Source of the DNA: Octopus vulgaris
Lineage: Eukaryota
Reading direction: 5' to 3'
Assembly: GCA_951406725.2 (NCBI GenBank)
Contig: OX597820.1
Coordinates: 75,640,001-75,704,000, forward strand
Length of the DNA stretch: 64,000 nt
The position numbers were made by a program, and so were the translations under genes. The notes below the pieces were generated by a model that did not search any database, was not told where the DNA came from, and saw nothing but the letters and a program-made list of their open reading frames with translations. Every line of letters starts with the position of its first letter. Position 1 is the first letter of the stretch. Positions 41,015 to 53,776 of this stretch are shown here, one piece after another.

Positions 41015-42139
41015 TTATAAAAATGACGTAATTCTTCACGATAGTAAGTAAACAATAAGAAGAGCGACGTGTGATTTTTAATAGAGATTGTTTATTGAAC
41101 ATATTGAGCAATGTTTCAACACAGCTATCTGTCTACTTCAGAGTCAAAATGTTAGAAAATAAACCGCAGAAACACAGAAATTAAAAATTATGAAATGACA
41201 TTAACAGTCTTTTCTTTTTCATAACTGCTAACACGGAGAAAGAGAAAAGAGAAAAATAAGACAAAAAATATTTAGTCAAAGTGTTTATGTAAATGTGATA
41301 AAATACACCTGTCATTTTATTCATTCCTCCGGGACATTACTGGAGCAATTCATGAAAATATTGTTCCTCGTGCATTTTGAGAACTGAAAGTGTAGTAGAA
41401 ACACCAGGCCCGAAAGTCTTCTCAAATAGAACAGCTTGTTCATCCTCGTCGATGCAAGTAGATTTTTATATGTCTCTACTCCCGACTAGCAGAGAGCAGT
41501 GGAGCACCTGACGACATCCCAGATGTCAAGCGCCTACTTTTGGTATTTGCTAGACATGGGATTGCAGTTCCGTCTGAGAGACGCGCAGCGGAAGAGGGAA
41601 TCTTTTCGAGGTAATTTCTAATTCTTCGTTTGTTATATTGTAACTGAAGCTTATATTTAGAATTATTTGAAAAACAAAAAGTGATTGGAATGTCTTGTCT
41701 TCTGTTTTTCTTTTCTGGAAACTTATTTATGGATAGTGGATAACTTTCCAGTTATATACTGGGATCAGTTCAGTAAATTATAATTTCCCTAGTGATAGAA
41801 AAGAGGCATCTTACTCTTTCTCACTACAGCTTATTACATGCCATTAAAGGCATAAATTTACAGTAAAACGAGACACAGAGATTACCAGTGGCAAATGAGG
41901 AGGAAAAATGTTAATTCAAAAGTTGTATGAAATTAGTTTCAAAATTCCCCAAATACTTCAAAATTATAGAGTTTAGTTAATCCAGTGCAATATGATGCGC
42001 GTGCACGCAGACACACACACATGCATGCATACAGATATGCACACAAGCACACACGTGTTCACACTAAATATTACACACATTAATTGCTGTGTATATACAG
42101 CTGCCTGGCAATCAATTCGATTAGTATGTAGAAGCTAAT

Positions 42140-42448
42140 CAGACGCACGCACATACACAAACACAAACACGCACATATACATAAGCATACACACAAGCGC
42201 AAACACACATGCGTATACACACAGTCACACAAATAACACAAACACGCACACATACACACACAAACACGCACAAACACGCACACACACACACACACACGCA
42301 GACACAAACACACAGAGGCACAAACATACACACACATGCACACACATACAAACACACACACGTATATACATATATACACACACAAACATACACATACAAA
42401 ACACAAGTACACACACATGTACAAACCCACACATACAAACACACGTAT

Positions 42449-42479
<31 letters not shown>

Positions 42480-42680
42480 CACATACACACACGCACACTC
42501 ATACACATACAAACACGCGTACACACACGAACACACACACGTACAAACACACAAACATACACATACAAACATACACATATACACACACAAACACATACAC
42601 ACACGCACGCACACATACACGCACAAACACGCACGCATACACAAACCAACACACACACACACTCACACTCACACACAAAT
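42140..42680. repeat. Degenerate (CA)n-rich simple repeat
   Basis: Seen directly; explains the H/T and C/V ORFs. Confidence 0.9.
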
Positions 42681-42975
42681 GAAAGCGAATCTGAGAATAA
42701 TAGAGTTATAAATTGCCTTACTTTCTGGCTCACCCTCGTATTTTTTATGCGTACATGCATCGACAAATACGTATGCATTTATGTATATATGCATATAGGT
42801 ACGAACGTACGCGCATGCGTGGGGGTCACTCATCATTACCAGCTCCCAGACACTGCATTTCACACATGCACTGATAACCATACCAGCATCCGACGCACAT
42901 TTCCGGATTCGTTCGCGTCTATTCGTTAACACGCACAGCCCCCTCTCGCATACATTGAAACTTCCCTTCTTATAC

Positions 42976-42989
<14 letters not shown>

Positions 42990-43006
<17 letters not shown>

Positions 43007-43163
43007 ATTACTTCTCTCTCGGTCATACACAAACTTTATCTCTCTCTTTCTCAGCCATTCTTACTCACTCAGTCTCTCTCATTACATCTCTCTCACTTAT
43101 CCTTACACAAACTTTTCTCTCTCTCTCTCTCTTTCTTTCGCAGCTATTCTTACAGCTATTCTT

Positions 43164-43199
<36 letters not shown>

Positions 43200-44169
43200 A
43201 TTAACTCATAATCCGTCTTACTTGCACAAACTTTTCACTCTCCCTCTCTTTGTCAGCCATTCTTACTCACTCATGCTCTCTCTTTCTCTCTCTCTCACAT
43301 TGCCTCTCACTCAGTCATCTTTATAAAAAAAATTCCACCCTCAATCTCTCTCACTTTCTCTCTTAGCCATTCTTACTGACTCTCACTCTCACATTACCTC
43401 TCCCTCGGTCATCCTTACACTAACACTCACTCTATCTATCTATCTCAGCCATTCTCACTCTCTCCCTCTCTCTCTTTCTCTCTCTCATTCTCTGACGCTC
43501 GTACTTACAAAACTTTCTCTCTCTCTCTCTCTCTCTCAGCCATTCTTAATCACTCACTCGCTCTCTCTTTCTCTTTCATTACTTCTCTCTCGGTCATCCT
43601 TACACAAACATTCTTTTGGCTCTCTCTTTTTCTCTCTTTCTCTCTCAGCCATTCTTACTCACTCCCTCTCAATCTCATTACTTCTATCGCGATCATCCTT
43701 ACAAAACTTTTCTCTCTCTCTAAGCCATTCTTACTCAATCTCTTGTCTTAGTAGCTCTCTCTTGGTTATCCTTACACAAACCTCTCTCTCTCTCTCTCTT
43801 AGCCATTCTTACTCAATCTCTTGTCTTAGTAGCTCTCTCTTGGTTATCCTTACACAAACCTCTCTCTCTCTCTTAGCCATTCTTACTCACTCTCTTTGTC
43901 TTAGTAGCTCTCTCTTGGTTATCCTTACACAAACCTCTTTCTCTCTCTCTCAGCCATTCTGACTCACTCTCTTGTCTTAGTAGCTCTTTCTTGGTTATCC
44001 TTACACAAACCTCTCTCTCTCTCTCTCTTAGCCATTCTTACTCACTCTCTTTGTCTTAGTAGCTCTCTCGTGGTTATCCTTACACAAACCTCTCTTTCTC
44101 TCTCTCTCTTAGCCATTCTTACTCACTCTCTTGTCTTAGTAGCTCTCTCTTGGTTATCCTTACACAAAC

Positions 44170-44207
<38 letters not shown>

Positions 44208-44500
44208 TAGCCATCCTTACTCACTCTCTTTGTCTTAGTAGCTCTCTCTTGGTTATCCTTACACAAACCTCTCTCTCTCGCTCCCTCTCTCTCTCGCATT
44301 CTCTCTCTCTCTCTCGCTCTCTCTCTCTCTCGCGCTCTCTCTCTCTCGCTCTCTCTCTCTCTCTTAGCCAGTCTTACTCACTCTCTTGTCTTAGTAGCTC
44401 CCTCTTGGTTATCCTTACACAAACCTCTCTCTCTCTCTCTCTCTCAGCCATTCTTACTCTCTCTTGTCTTAGTAGCTCTCTCTTGGTTATCCTTACACAA

Positions 44501-44538
<38 letters not shown>

Positions 44539-44660
44539 TATTACTTTTCTCTCGCACTACCCTACACTCAGTAATCCTTACTCACCCACACTCTCTCTCT
44601 CTCTCTCTCATTACTTCTTTCTCGGCGATCCTTACAGAAACTTTTCTCTCTCAGTCTCTC
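42990..44660. repeat. Minisatellite: ~58-bp core plus variable (CT)n spacer
   Basis: agccattcttactcactctcttgtcttagtagctctctcttggttatccttacacaaacc(tc)n. About 10 homogeneous units at 43722-44535, with diverged units on both flanks. Confidence 0.95.
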
Positions 44661-45511
44661 AATCGTTCTTCCCCACCCACTCTCTCTCTTTCTCTCTGCC
44701 ATCCTGCAATCCTCTTGCTCTCTATCTCTCTGCCACCCTGCTGCCCTCTCTCTCTCTCTTTCTTTGTCCCTTTGTCCCTTTGTCCCTATTTCTTTTTCCT
44801 CTCTTTGTCTCTCTCTCTCTCTACTATTCTCTCTCACTCATTCTTACACACACAAACACACACACACACTTTCTCCCCCCTCTCTCTCTATCTATCTCTC
44901 TCTTTCTCTACTATCCTTACACAGAGTCTCGCTCTCACTCATTCTCATACGCACACTCTCTCTCTCTCTTTCTGCCATTTTCTCTCTCCCCTTTTCTCTC
45001 TCCCCACACCTATTCACTCTATCTCACCGACGTACATACACTCTAAACGCTTTCAGCTCATCATAAATGTTATCTTTTTATGCTGCTCGACAGCTTTAAC
45101 GTCCACACAACGGTCAGCAACGGAGTTACTGATAACGAAGTGATTCTATTGCAACTGACTTCGGGGACGGTTGTTCCATTATAAACAGAGACATTTTTCA
45201 CAGGGGTTACATATATAAAAGACTAGCGAGAAGTATAGAGATAGCTTTATAATGTATATAATACTTCTTAATGTAATTCGTCAATGAGTGATAAACAAAT
45301 TTGATGAATATAATGAACTGCTAAGCGGTATGTTACTCTCGGACGAATTGTGAGTGTGGGAGGAATGGCGTCTGGAGGTCTTTGAGACGCTAAAGTATCG
45401 AATATTATTTAGGATAGCTCGAGCAGTATTTAGTTTAAATTCTACTGCGTATATTGAATTAGGTTCTTATAAGGATAATGCATAGGAAAAAATGTAATAA
45501 ACTGGCTCTCA

Positions 45512-45772
45512 GTCTGTTACGACGAGGACCGTTCCAGTTGATCCGATCGATGGAATAGCCAGCTCGAGAAATTAACGTGCAAGTGGTTGAGCACTCCACA
45601 GACACGCGTACTCTTAATGTAGTAGTTAAGGAAATTCAGCCTGACACAGAATGGGACAAAGTTGGCTCTTTGGAATACTGTACTATTTATTTTCATGCCA
45701 GGTGAGTGAACTGGTTCAACATAAGAGCCTTGCTTAAAGACACAGCGCGTCGTCGGGTATCAAACTTACGAC
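45512..45772 (-). mobile_element. SINE family C
   Basis: gttccagttgatccgatc...cactccacagacacg...gacacaga; homologous to 36313-36612. Confidence 0.7.
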
Positions 45773-45992
45773 TCTTTACTCTCTTTTTATTCTTTTACTT
45801 GTTTCAGTCACTTTGACTGCGACCATGCTGGAGCACCGCCTTTAGTCGAGCAAATCGACACCAGGACTTATTCTTTGTATGCCTAGTACTTATTCTATCG
45901 ATCTCTTTTGCCGAACCGCTAAGTTACGGGGACGTAAACACACAAGCATCGGTTGTCAAGCGATGTTGGGGGCACAGACACAGACACACAAA
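45773..45992 (-). mobile_element. SINE family A, 3' half
   Basis: Near-identical to the reverse complement of 62860-63069. Confidence 0.85.
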
Positions 45993-46032
45993 CATATATA
46001 CTCGTATCTAAACATATATACACGTAAATAAA

Positions 46033-46242
46033 GGCGGCGAGCTGGCAGAATCGTTAGCACGCCGGGTGAAATGCGTAGCCATATTTCGTCTGCCGATACG
46101 TTCTGAGTTCAAATCCCGCCGAGGTCGACTTTGCCTTTCATCCTTTCGGGGTCGATAAATTAAGTACCAATAACGCACTGGGGTCGATATAATCGACTTT
46201 GTCTGTCTTGTTTGTCCTCCCTTGTGGGTAGTAAAGAAATAT
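46033..46242 (+). mobile_element. Full-length SINE family B
   Basis: ggcggcgagctggcagaatcgttagcacgccggg... Confidence 0.9.
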
Positions 46243-46252
46243 ATATACACGC

Positions 46253-46310
<58 letters not shown>

Positions 46311-46318
46311 TCTATCTA

Positions 46319-46405
<87 letters not shown>

Positions 46406-47332
46406 GCTTAAGAGGATCCGCTCTACGTGCGGATGAGGGTGTTGTTGTTACTTTCTGTTGCTTCTTTTCTGTTTCTTATCGCCACATTCTTTGTTTCTCT
46501 CTCCTTTGTCTCTCACGTTCCCACTCTCTTACTCTTCCTTTCTCTCGGACTCTCCCTCGTCTTCTCTTACTCTCTATCTTTCTCTATCTGTCTCTCTCCC
46601 ATTTATAAAAAAAAACAAAAGATCTTGAGTAAGTTGAGAAAGAAAATATTTTGAATGATCAATCATAAATATCAGGCAGTGACAACGGAAAGCACACTTG
46701 CCATTTGTACGTGCCACTATTTGAGCGATTAAAAATAAGGAAAAAAAGGATTTCTTTTTTAAAATTTAGTACTTACTTTGGGAATTTTTCGACGATTGAC
46801 CATGCAGAAGAAAGGAAAACTGTAAACAATAAAAAATAAAAGGCAATAATACGTGAAAACGAGAAATTTTTTCAACTTCAAAAATTTAGCTTTAATTTTC
46901 AAAATTTCCAACCCATTTTCGCGCTGAAATTACAAATCCGCTTCCACATTACCATGTGGAAAATTTGATTGAAATCGAGCAAAAGGCGTCCAATCTAGAA
47001 ACCCAGGAGTCCACAAAAATCAATAAAATCCCCGTTTTTAAACCAAAGCAACCACTGTAGCGCCCCAAAACGTCTCCCAATCAATTTCTCACCTCAAGTT
47101 AGCGACTCCATTAAACTTTAAACCCCTTCCAGTCCCATTTAGACCCCTTTTTACATAAAAATTCTAATTTTCGCCTTCTTCGTTTTATAGATTAGATTGT
47201 TTTACTTGCTTCGCTATTATAACTCTATTTCATTCGGGTCTAGACGGGACACATTTTAAAAGATGAGGAATTTTGCCCTAAAGGCAAATAATTGCCTTTC
47301 AGATAATCTACATCAAAGTTGCCATGCAAACT

Positions 47333-47612
47333 CGCAAGCACGTTTAGCTAATCGAGATCGATAAACTAACTTCGCGGTTCGCCAATCGATATCGATAAAA
47401 TAACTTAGCGGCTCGCCAAAGGAGGTCGATAAAACAACCAAGCAGTTCGCCAGGGGGATTCGGTAAAGTAACTTAGCGGTTCGCCCTTGGAAATCGATTA
47501 AACAACGTAGCGGTTTGCCAAACTTGTTCCATAAAATAACCTGGCGGTTCGCCGAAGGAGATGCATGGAATAACATAGCGGTTCGCCAATCGAGATCGAT
47601 AAAATAACTTAG
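47333..47612 (+). repeat. 34-bp minisatellite derived from a SINE A internal segment
   Basis: Units start at 47367, 47401, 47435, 47469, 47503, 47537, 47571 and 47605. Consensus taacttagcggttcgcc-N8-tcgataaaa. Confidence 0.9.
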
Positions 47613-47717
47613 GCTATAGTAGAAGACACTTATTCAAGGTGCCACGCAATGGGACTGAACCCGTAACCATGTGGCTAGTAAACAAGCTACTTACCACACA
47701 GCCACACCTGCACCTGC
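47611..47717 (-). mobile_element. SINE family A head
   Basis: gggactgaaccc...cttaccacacagccacacctgcacc. Confidence 0.8.
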
Positions 47718-47789
47718 ATTTTTGTAAACTTTATTTATAATATTCCTAATACAATATTTATAACATGATGTGTATATATTTGGATGTTC

Positions 47790-47986
47790 GTGTCTGTATC
47801 TGTGCCTGACAACCGATGTTGGTGTGTTTACGTCTCCATAACTTAGCGGTTCGGCAAAAGAAACACGATAGAATAACAACCACGCTCACAAATGATCAGT
47901 CTAGGAGTCAATCTCTTCGACTAAAAAAGCGGTGCTTCAACATGGCCGCTGTCAAATGACTGAAACAAATAAAAGAGTAAAAGAGT
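47790..47986 (+). mobile_element. SINE family A, 3' half
   Basis: taacttagcggttcggcaaaag...aaatgactgaaac. Confidence 0.8.
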
Positions 47987-48694
47987 GGAGATATGAAAAA
48001 GGATACATTTATATGAATGCGCGCATGCGCTTGAATGTGTCTGCGTTTACGTCTTTCTCCACTCCGTTCCAAACCCGTTGTTGGTTTGTTTGTGTCTACA
48101 TAACTAAACTGTAGAACAGACAGCAGACTTATAACAAAATATGCACGTATAGGACTCGATTTCTTTGAATAAAACCTTCAAGGTTGTGCTGCAGCATGGC
48201 CACAGTCCAATGACTGAAAGAAATAAAGGATAGAAGATATAGCTGTCTTTTGATTGGCTGATGCGTTGGTGTCTATCCAAAGTATTTGCATGCACTTACG
48301 TCACTGTGTCTGTATATGCGTATTGGTGTATATGTGTCTATGTGTATATATGCGTATCTGTATATGTGTAATACATCAAACGTAGACTGAAGCACGTATT
48401 TCGCAGCATTGAAGGACATAGACAAATACGGAGAATCGCAGATAATTAGAATGGCGTATGCGTTCGTCAGGGATGGTCTGACGAAAGAAACTCCATTGAC
48501 AAACAAGTTTAGAAATGAGTGAAGTTGGATCTGAATAGAATAAAACAAAAACAAAAAAAAATTCTAAAGCACAAAATTCCGTTAGTAACGATACCTAATT
48601 GGAGACTTGTGCCAAGAACTCTCCAAGAACAGACAAATACTTCTATTCTTCGAGCAGATAAATGAGAACTAACAGATGGGAAATAGTGCAGCAG

Positions 48695-48819
48695 TAGAAG
48701 AGGAAGAAGAAGAAGAAGAAGAAGAAGAAGAAGAAGAAGAAGAAGAAGAAGAAGAAGAGGGGAGGAAATATGAGTGAAATTTTAATCTTTTGAAATTAAT
48801 AGCATTAGTAGTAGTAGTT

Positions 48820-48865
<46 letters not shown>

Positions 48866-49096
48866 CAGCAGTGGTGATGATGGTGGTGGTGGTAGAAGGC
48901 ACAACAACAAACTATAGCAGTGTTGCTAATAAATATTTTATGTTTTATGATTTTTTTTATCTAATATATTTAAATATAATAATAATAAGAATAAGAAAAA
49001 AATAGTTTGTAACAATGAATATAGAAATACAGGAAACATACAACTCAAACCAATAATGATAACAACAACAACAACAACAACAACAATAATAAAAAC

Positions 49097-49151
<55 letters not shown>

Positions 49152-49340
49152 ATAACAATAATAATAATAAATTAAAATAATAATAATAATAAAACGATGA
49201 CGACAACAATCATGATTAATCAACATAATCCTGACGATGACGACAATAATGATGATGATGATCATCATCATCATCATCATGATAATCAAGATCATTCGGG
49301 TGCTGGTGATGTTTAAGACGATGGTGATGATGACGACGAC

Positions 49341-49371
<31 letters not shown>

Positions 49372-49570
49372 GTGCTGATAGCGAAGTTGATAATGATGAG
49401 GAGGAGGAAGAGGAAGAAGAGGTGGAAGGTAGCGGTGAAGAGGAGGAGAGTGATTGTTGTTGTGGTGGTGGTGGTTGTGGTAGTGGTGGGCGCTGGGTTT
49501 CTGGTGGTGGTGGTTATGGTGCGCGTTACGCTGTAGGTGGTGGAGATAGCGGTGGCGACGGCGATAGCGT
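48695..49570. repeat. Compound trinucleotide repeat region (GAA/GTA/CAA/GAT/GGT)n
   Basis: Seen directly. Confidence 0.9.
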
Positions 49571-50147
49571 TCACAATGAGGGGAAAAAAATAATGAAGTT
49601 GTTAGTTTCCTTATTATAATTACTGCGGTGCAAGTTTGTGAAATATGCTAAATATAAAAATAATGTTATTATTGTAGCAACACAAAGGCATTCATTACAA
49701 TGAATAAAGAAAAAAAACAACAACAGCCAAACCAACCAACCAACAAACCAACCAACCAACCAACTAACAGTAACAACAGCAACAACAAAAATAAATCACT
49801 AACGATAGGGAGGAAGAAGATAGCCGCCATGATGGCGATGACGATGACGAGAATATGAAAGGATTATTTGACAAAGGGGAGAAACAAAACGAACTGAGTT
49901 GCAAAACATTGCAATAAATAATATACTGATAATTATTTGTTAGAAATAGCAGCTAAATATTTGTTAAATCAGACGTTAACGTCTTTCAATGAGGGACCTA
50001 TTAGATAAGGTAAACATATCTACATATATATATATATATATATATACGAAAATGGGACAAGAACGCAAAACATCCAGAGATTTAGGTGAAACTAAAAAAG
50101 GAAAATACGATACAAGGAAAACAATACTCTCTTTAATTCAGGACTAC

Positions 50148-50222
50148 GGGCATATGGCGTAGTGGTTAAGAGCCCGGGCTACTAACCTCAAAAGCCCGAG
50201 TTCGTTTCCAGGCAGTGACCTG

Positions 50223-50262
<40 letters not shown>

Positions 50263-50426
50263 GTAATAATAGCATCGAAAAATACCTTAGGAATGAAAAC
50301 CCTGGTTCGAAATTTTCCCGAGACACCTGATGAAGGCTGGAGGGTATATCAGCTGAAACGTTGTGTTAGCAACAAACAAGATGAGGACGAATATCTGTCA
50401 AATGTAAATAATGTAAATAATGTAAT
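50148..50426 (+). mobile_element. tRNA-derived SINE-like element containing a hammerhead ribozyme
   Basis: tRNA-like head at 50148-50221 (A box tggcgtagtgg, B box gagttcgtttcc), then (TAA)n, HHR at 50322-50367 and an (aatgtaaat)n tail. Confidence 0.8.
50322..50367 (+). ncRNA. Minimal type I hammerhead ribozyme
   Basis: GACAC CTGATGA a GGCTG gagggtatat CAGCT GAAA C GTT GTGTT. Canonical core, 5-bp stems I and II, palindromic ACGT stem III. Confidence 0.8.
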
Positions 50427-50529
50427 TTCTTTAATTACACCTCGGTTTAAATTTTCGTCGTGAATATTTTTATTTGCGCATATTTTGTTGCGTAACAATG
50501 ATCAGCTATCTGTCTATCTTTCAGCCATT

Positions 50530-50560
<31 letters not shown>

Positions 50561-51430
50561 ATCTATTTATCTACATATGTGCATGCATAAATACACACAT
50601 ATACATACATCCATACACCCACAAACAAACGCACAAACACACAAACACATATATAAACATATACATAAATACATACACATACATTTATATATATTCAATC
50701 TTTGATACCACCATCACCACCATCACCGCCAGCGTCTACAATCAACAACAAAGCTAATGCAATACCCCAGCCATTACCAACTCAACAACTTCTTAATATC
50801 TAACAACAACAACAACAACAGCAACAACGGCAATAATTCAGTGAACAAGGGAAGCAACTCCATCTAAAATGACAATCATATGCGAAACCCCAGAGTATGG
50901 TAAAAGTTAGATGAAATACCTTTCATCTTAAATCAATGAGGATTCACCTGGGACTACGCAACAACGACACCAAGACCACTACTACCATCACCACCACCAC
51001 CATTACCACCACACAACACCACCACCACCACCTCCACAACCACTCTCATGAAAACACCGACTATTGAATAATTAGCAACAAGAATAATAGTTACGGCATG
51101 ATAGCAATGTCGGTGCGCTGTATATTAACCCAGTAGAGTGAGGTCATGTACGTGTTTGTGTGTGTCTATGCGTGTGTGGAGGGAGAGGAGAGTAAGACTA
51201 GCGTGTTAAGATTTTATGGCTTAAGCCAGAGCTGGAAGATCGTAGTGCTCATGCACTAGGGAAGCGCTTCCGCTAACTGCAATGAGACAGTGTTTCCTCT
51301 TCATTTCTTCAGACTTTTGTCTTCTCACTTCTGATCTTAAATCCATAAATCCAAATTAAAAGAAAGGATTCCAGTAAATCTAAACGCACACACACACTGT
51401 ATATTTGTCAGTCTCTCTCTCACTCCCTAC

Positions 51431-51510
<80 letters not shown>

Positions 51511-51779
51511 ATATCTATCTATCTATCTATCTATCTATCTGTCTGTCTGTTATTGTGCGTGTGATTTGCATATTTATTTTTAAATGTGTTCTGGCATATA
51601 TAAATACAAAATATAGTGGTCGCCGTTGTGTACATTGCAAGCAAACAACCAATACCTTTGACGACAATAGTGTCTTCATAACACTTCAGCTCACTGCATG
51701 ACTGGTGTTTCGACTTGTTGTGTCTCATCAATCGGAGGTATTCGACCCGTTAAACGCACACAGGAATGCCTGAGATAGT

Positions 51780-52395
51780 TTTATGTTTTACTTGCTTCAG
51801 TCATTGGACTGTGGCCATGTTGGGACATCACTTTGAAAAATTTCTTAGTCGAATGAATCGACCCCAATACTATTTCCGAACCTGCTGCTCATTTTATCAG
51901 TCTCTTTTTACCAAACCACTAAATTTACGGGGATGTAAAGAAACCAACAGCGGTTGTCAAGCTGAAATGGGGGGAAACATATACACAATAACACACACAA
52001 AGATAAATACTTATACACACAAACACATACATACGCGCACGCACACACACGTATATAGTTGAAATTTACAGAAAAACAGAAGACGAAGACAGGTGTTTAA
52101 GCAGCACACAGGTGTGTTACTTTAACGCTCGGGAAGGTGAGACAGTCTTTTACGTTTCGAGCCTACACTCTTCAACAGAAAGGAACACGATGAAATAAAC
52201 AGAGAGATAATAAAAACACTTTGGGGCTATCATTACTGCGCGTTTCTTTCTGTTTCCGTGTAAGAAATTCATTCACAAGGCATGGGTGGGCTGGAGGATA
52301 TAGAAAAAAAACACTTGCTGAAAGTCCCATGCAGTGGGACTGAACCTAGAACAATACGGTTGGGAAACAAACCTCTTACCCCACAACCACGCCTG
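51780..52395 (-). mobile_element. Degenerate SINE family A, interrupted by an HHR-bearing repeat (~52056-52225)
   Basis: Tail at 51780-51980 and head at 52270-52395. Confidence 0.7.
52147..52182 (-). ncRNA. Minimal hammerhead motif (CUGUUGA), copy 3
   Basis: CTTT CTGTTGA a GAGT gtag GCTC GAAA C GTA AAAG; all stems are pairable. Confidence 0.7.
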
Positions 52396-52711
52396 GTATA
52401 CACACACACAAACACATATATACATGCGTTCGCATGTCTAGGTGTGTGCATGTGAGAGTTCTACAACATGTAGTCAAGAAGTACATAGGTGCTTTAAACA
52501 GGTATCGTTTCTTTTCTGGTTAATTTTCCTTGTTTTGTTTTTCTTAAACAACTTTGATAAAGTGCTCACCACAAGAAACGTCTGTTTGCGTGTTTTCCTT
52601 TTCCTTTTATGTGCATTCAATTCATTATACACAACTTTTAATTTTAATTTTATGCTTGTCCACCGACTTTTGAAACTTTTTGTCTACAACAACCTACCAA
52701 CCTACCTACGT

Positions 52712-52745
<34 letters not shown>

Positions 52746-53089
52746 GTGTATGTACACAAATATCTGTGTAAGTGAGATGAATGGTTAAGTTAGTGTGATC
52801 TATATCGATGCTGAATGAATGTAAAACATCAATTACCCATGGGCCCCAAAGTCCTCCGAAACAGACCAAATAATTCATTCTAGTGGACGCCTAGAGTTTC
52901 CCCGAGAACGTCATCGCTCTTACTCACAATTTTTCATGTTCAAATTCCACCGAGATTGACCTGCCTTTCCTTCATTTTGAGTTCGAAGAAAATAAATACC
53001 ATTTGAACACTGGGGTCGGTATAATTGACTTACCTTTCCCTTAATATTTACTAATTTGTGCCAAAATTTAAAAACTATCATTATCAGTG

Positions 53090-53130
<41 letters not shown>

Positions 53131-53211
53131 TGGAGTAGTTGTAATAGTAGTAGATTTAGAGTTACATATTTCTAATATTGTAATATTCTGATTTTGTATA
53201 TATTATATGTA

Positions 53212-53761
53212 CAAGAGTGACTCAAAAAGTAAGGCCATTTTGTATAAGACAGGTATAATTACCAACACAGAAACATGTATCATACATCAAAATGAAGCTG
53301 GTCCTCTGTGGATCACATCTCTACTTCTCAACATAGTCACCGTTTCTTTCAATAGCAATGTTCCACCTTCAAATGAGAGCATGTATCCCTGCCCCGTAAG
53401 ATTCTATTGACTGTTCTTTGAGCCACTTCTTCACTACCTCCACACTCACCAGATTCAGTACCTTCAGACTATCATCTCTTCGGCGCCACGAAAGAGGGTT
53501 TGAGAGGCAAATATTATTCCAGTGATAAGGAAGTGAAAACTGTAGTGAAGGAGTGGCTCAAAGAACAGTCAACAGAATTTTACGGGGCAGGGATACATGC
53601 TCTCATTCGAAGGCGGAACATTGAGAGAAACGGTGACTATGTTGAGTAGTTGGGATGTGATCCACAGAGGGCCAGCTTCATTTTGATGTATGATACATAT
53701 TCCTGTGTTGGTAATTATACCTGTCCTAAACAAAATGGCATTACTTTTTGACTCACCCTCA
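53212..53761. mobile_element. Palindromic non-autonomous mariner (DD34D-type) derivative
   Basis: ~225-bp inverted arms with TA flanks. The + strand encodes HSPDSVPSDYHLFG...KEVKTVVKEWLKEQSTEFY..GIHAL...GDYVE*. Confidence 0.9.
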
Positions 53762-53776
53762 TATATATGTAAAAAA

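Noticed and set aside
41505-41532. Hammerhead-like CTGACGA followed by a catc/gatg hairpin
   Set aside because: No GAAA, stem III or stem I partner follows.
44150-45046. 298-aa ORF
   Set aside because: It lies wholly within the CT-rich minisatellite; stop-free by composition.
46700-47300. Homopolymer-rich unique-looking segment as a possible foreign insert
   Set aside because: No ORF, termini or motif could be supported; it may be noisy sequence.
47333-47612. CRISPR array
   Set aside because: The context is eukaryotic, there are no cas genes, the variable part is only ~8 nt, and the unit derives from SINE A.
50148-50221. Functional tRNA gene (also the heads at ~14545-14615, ~16690 and ~62659)
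   Set aside because: Acceptor and anticodon stems do not pair properly, and each head continues into a SINE body.
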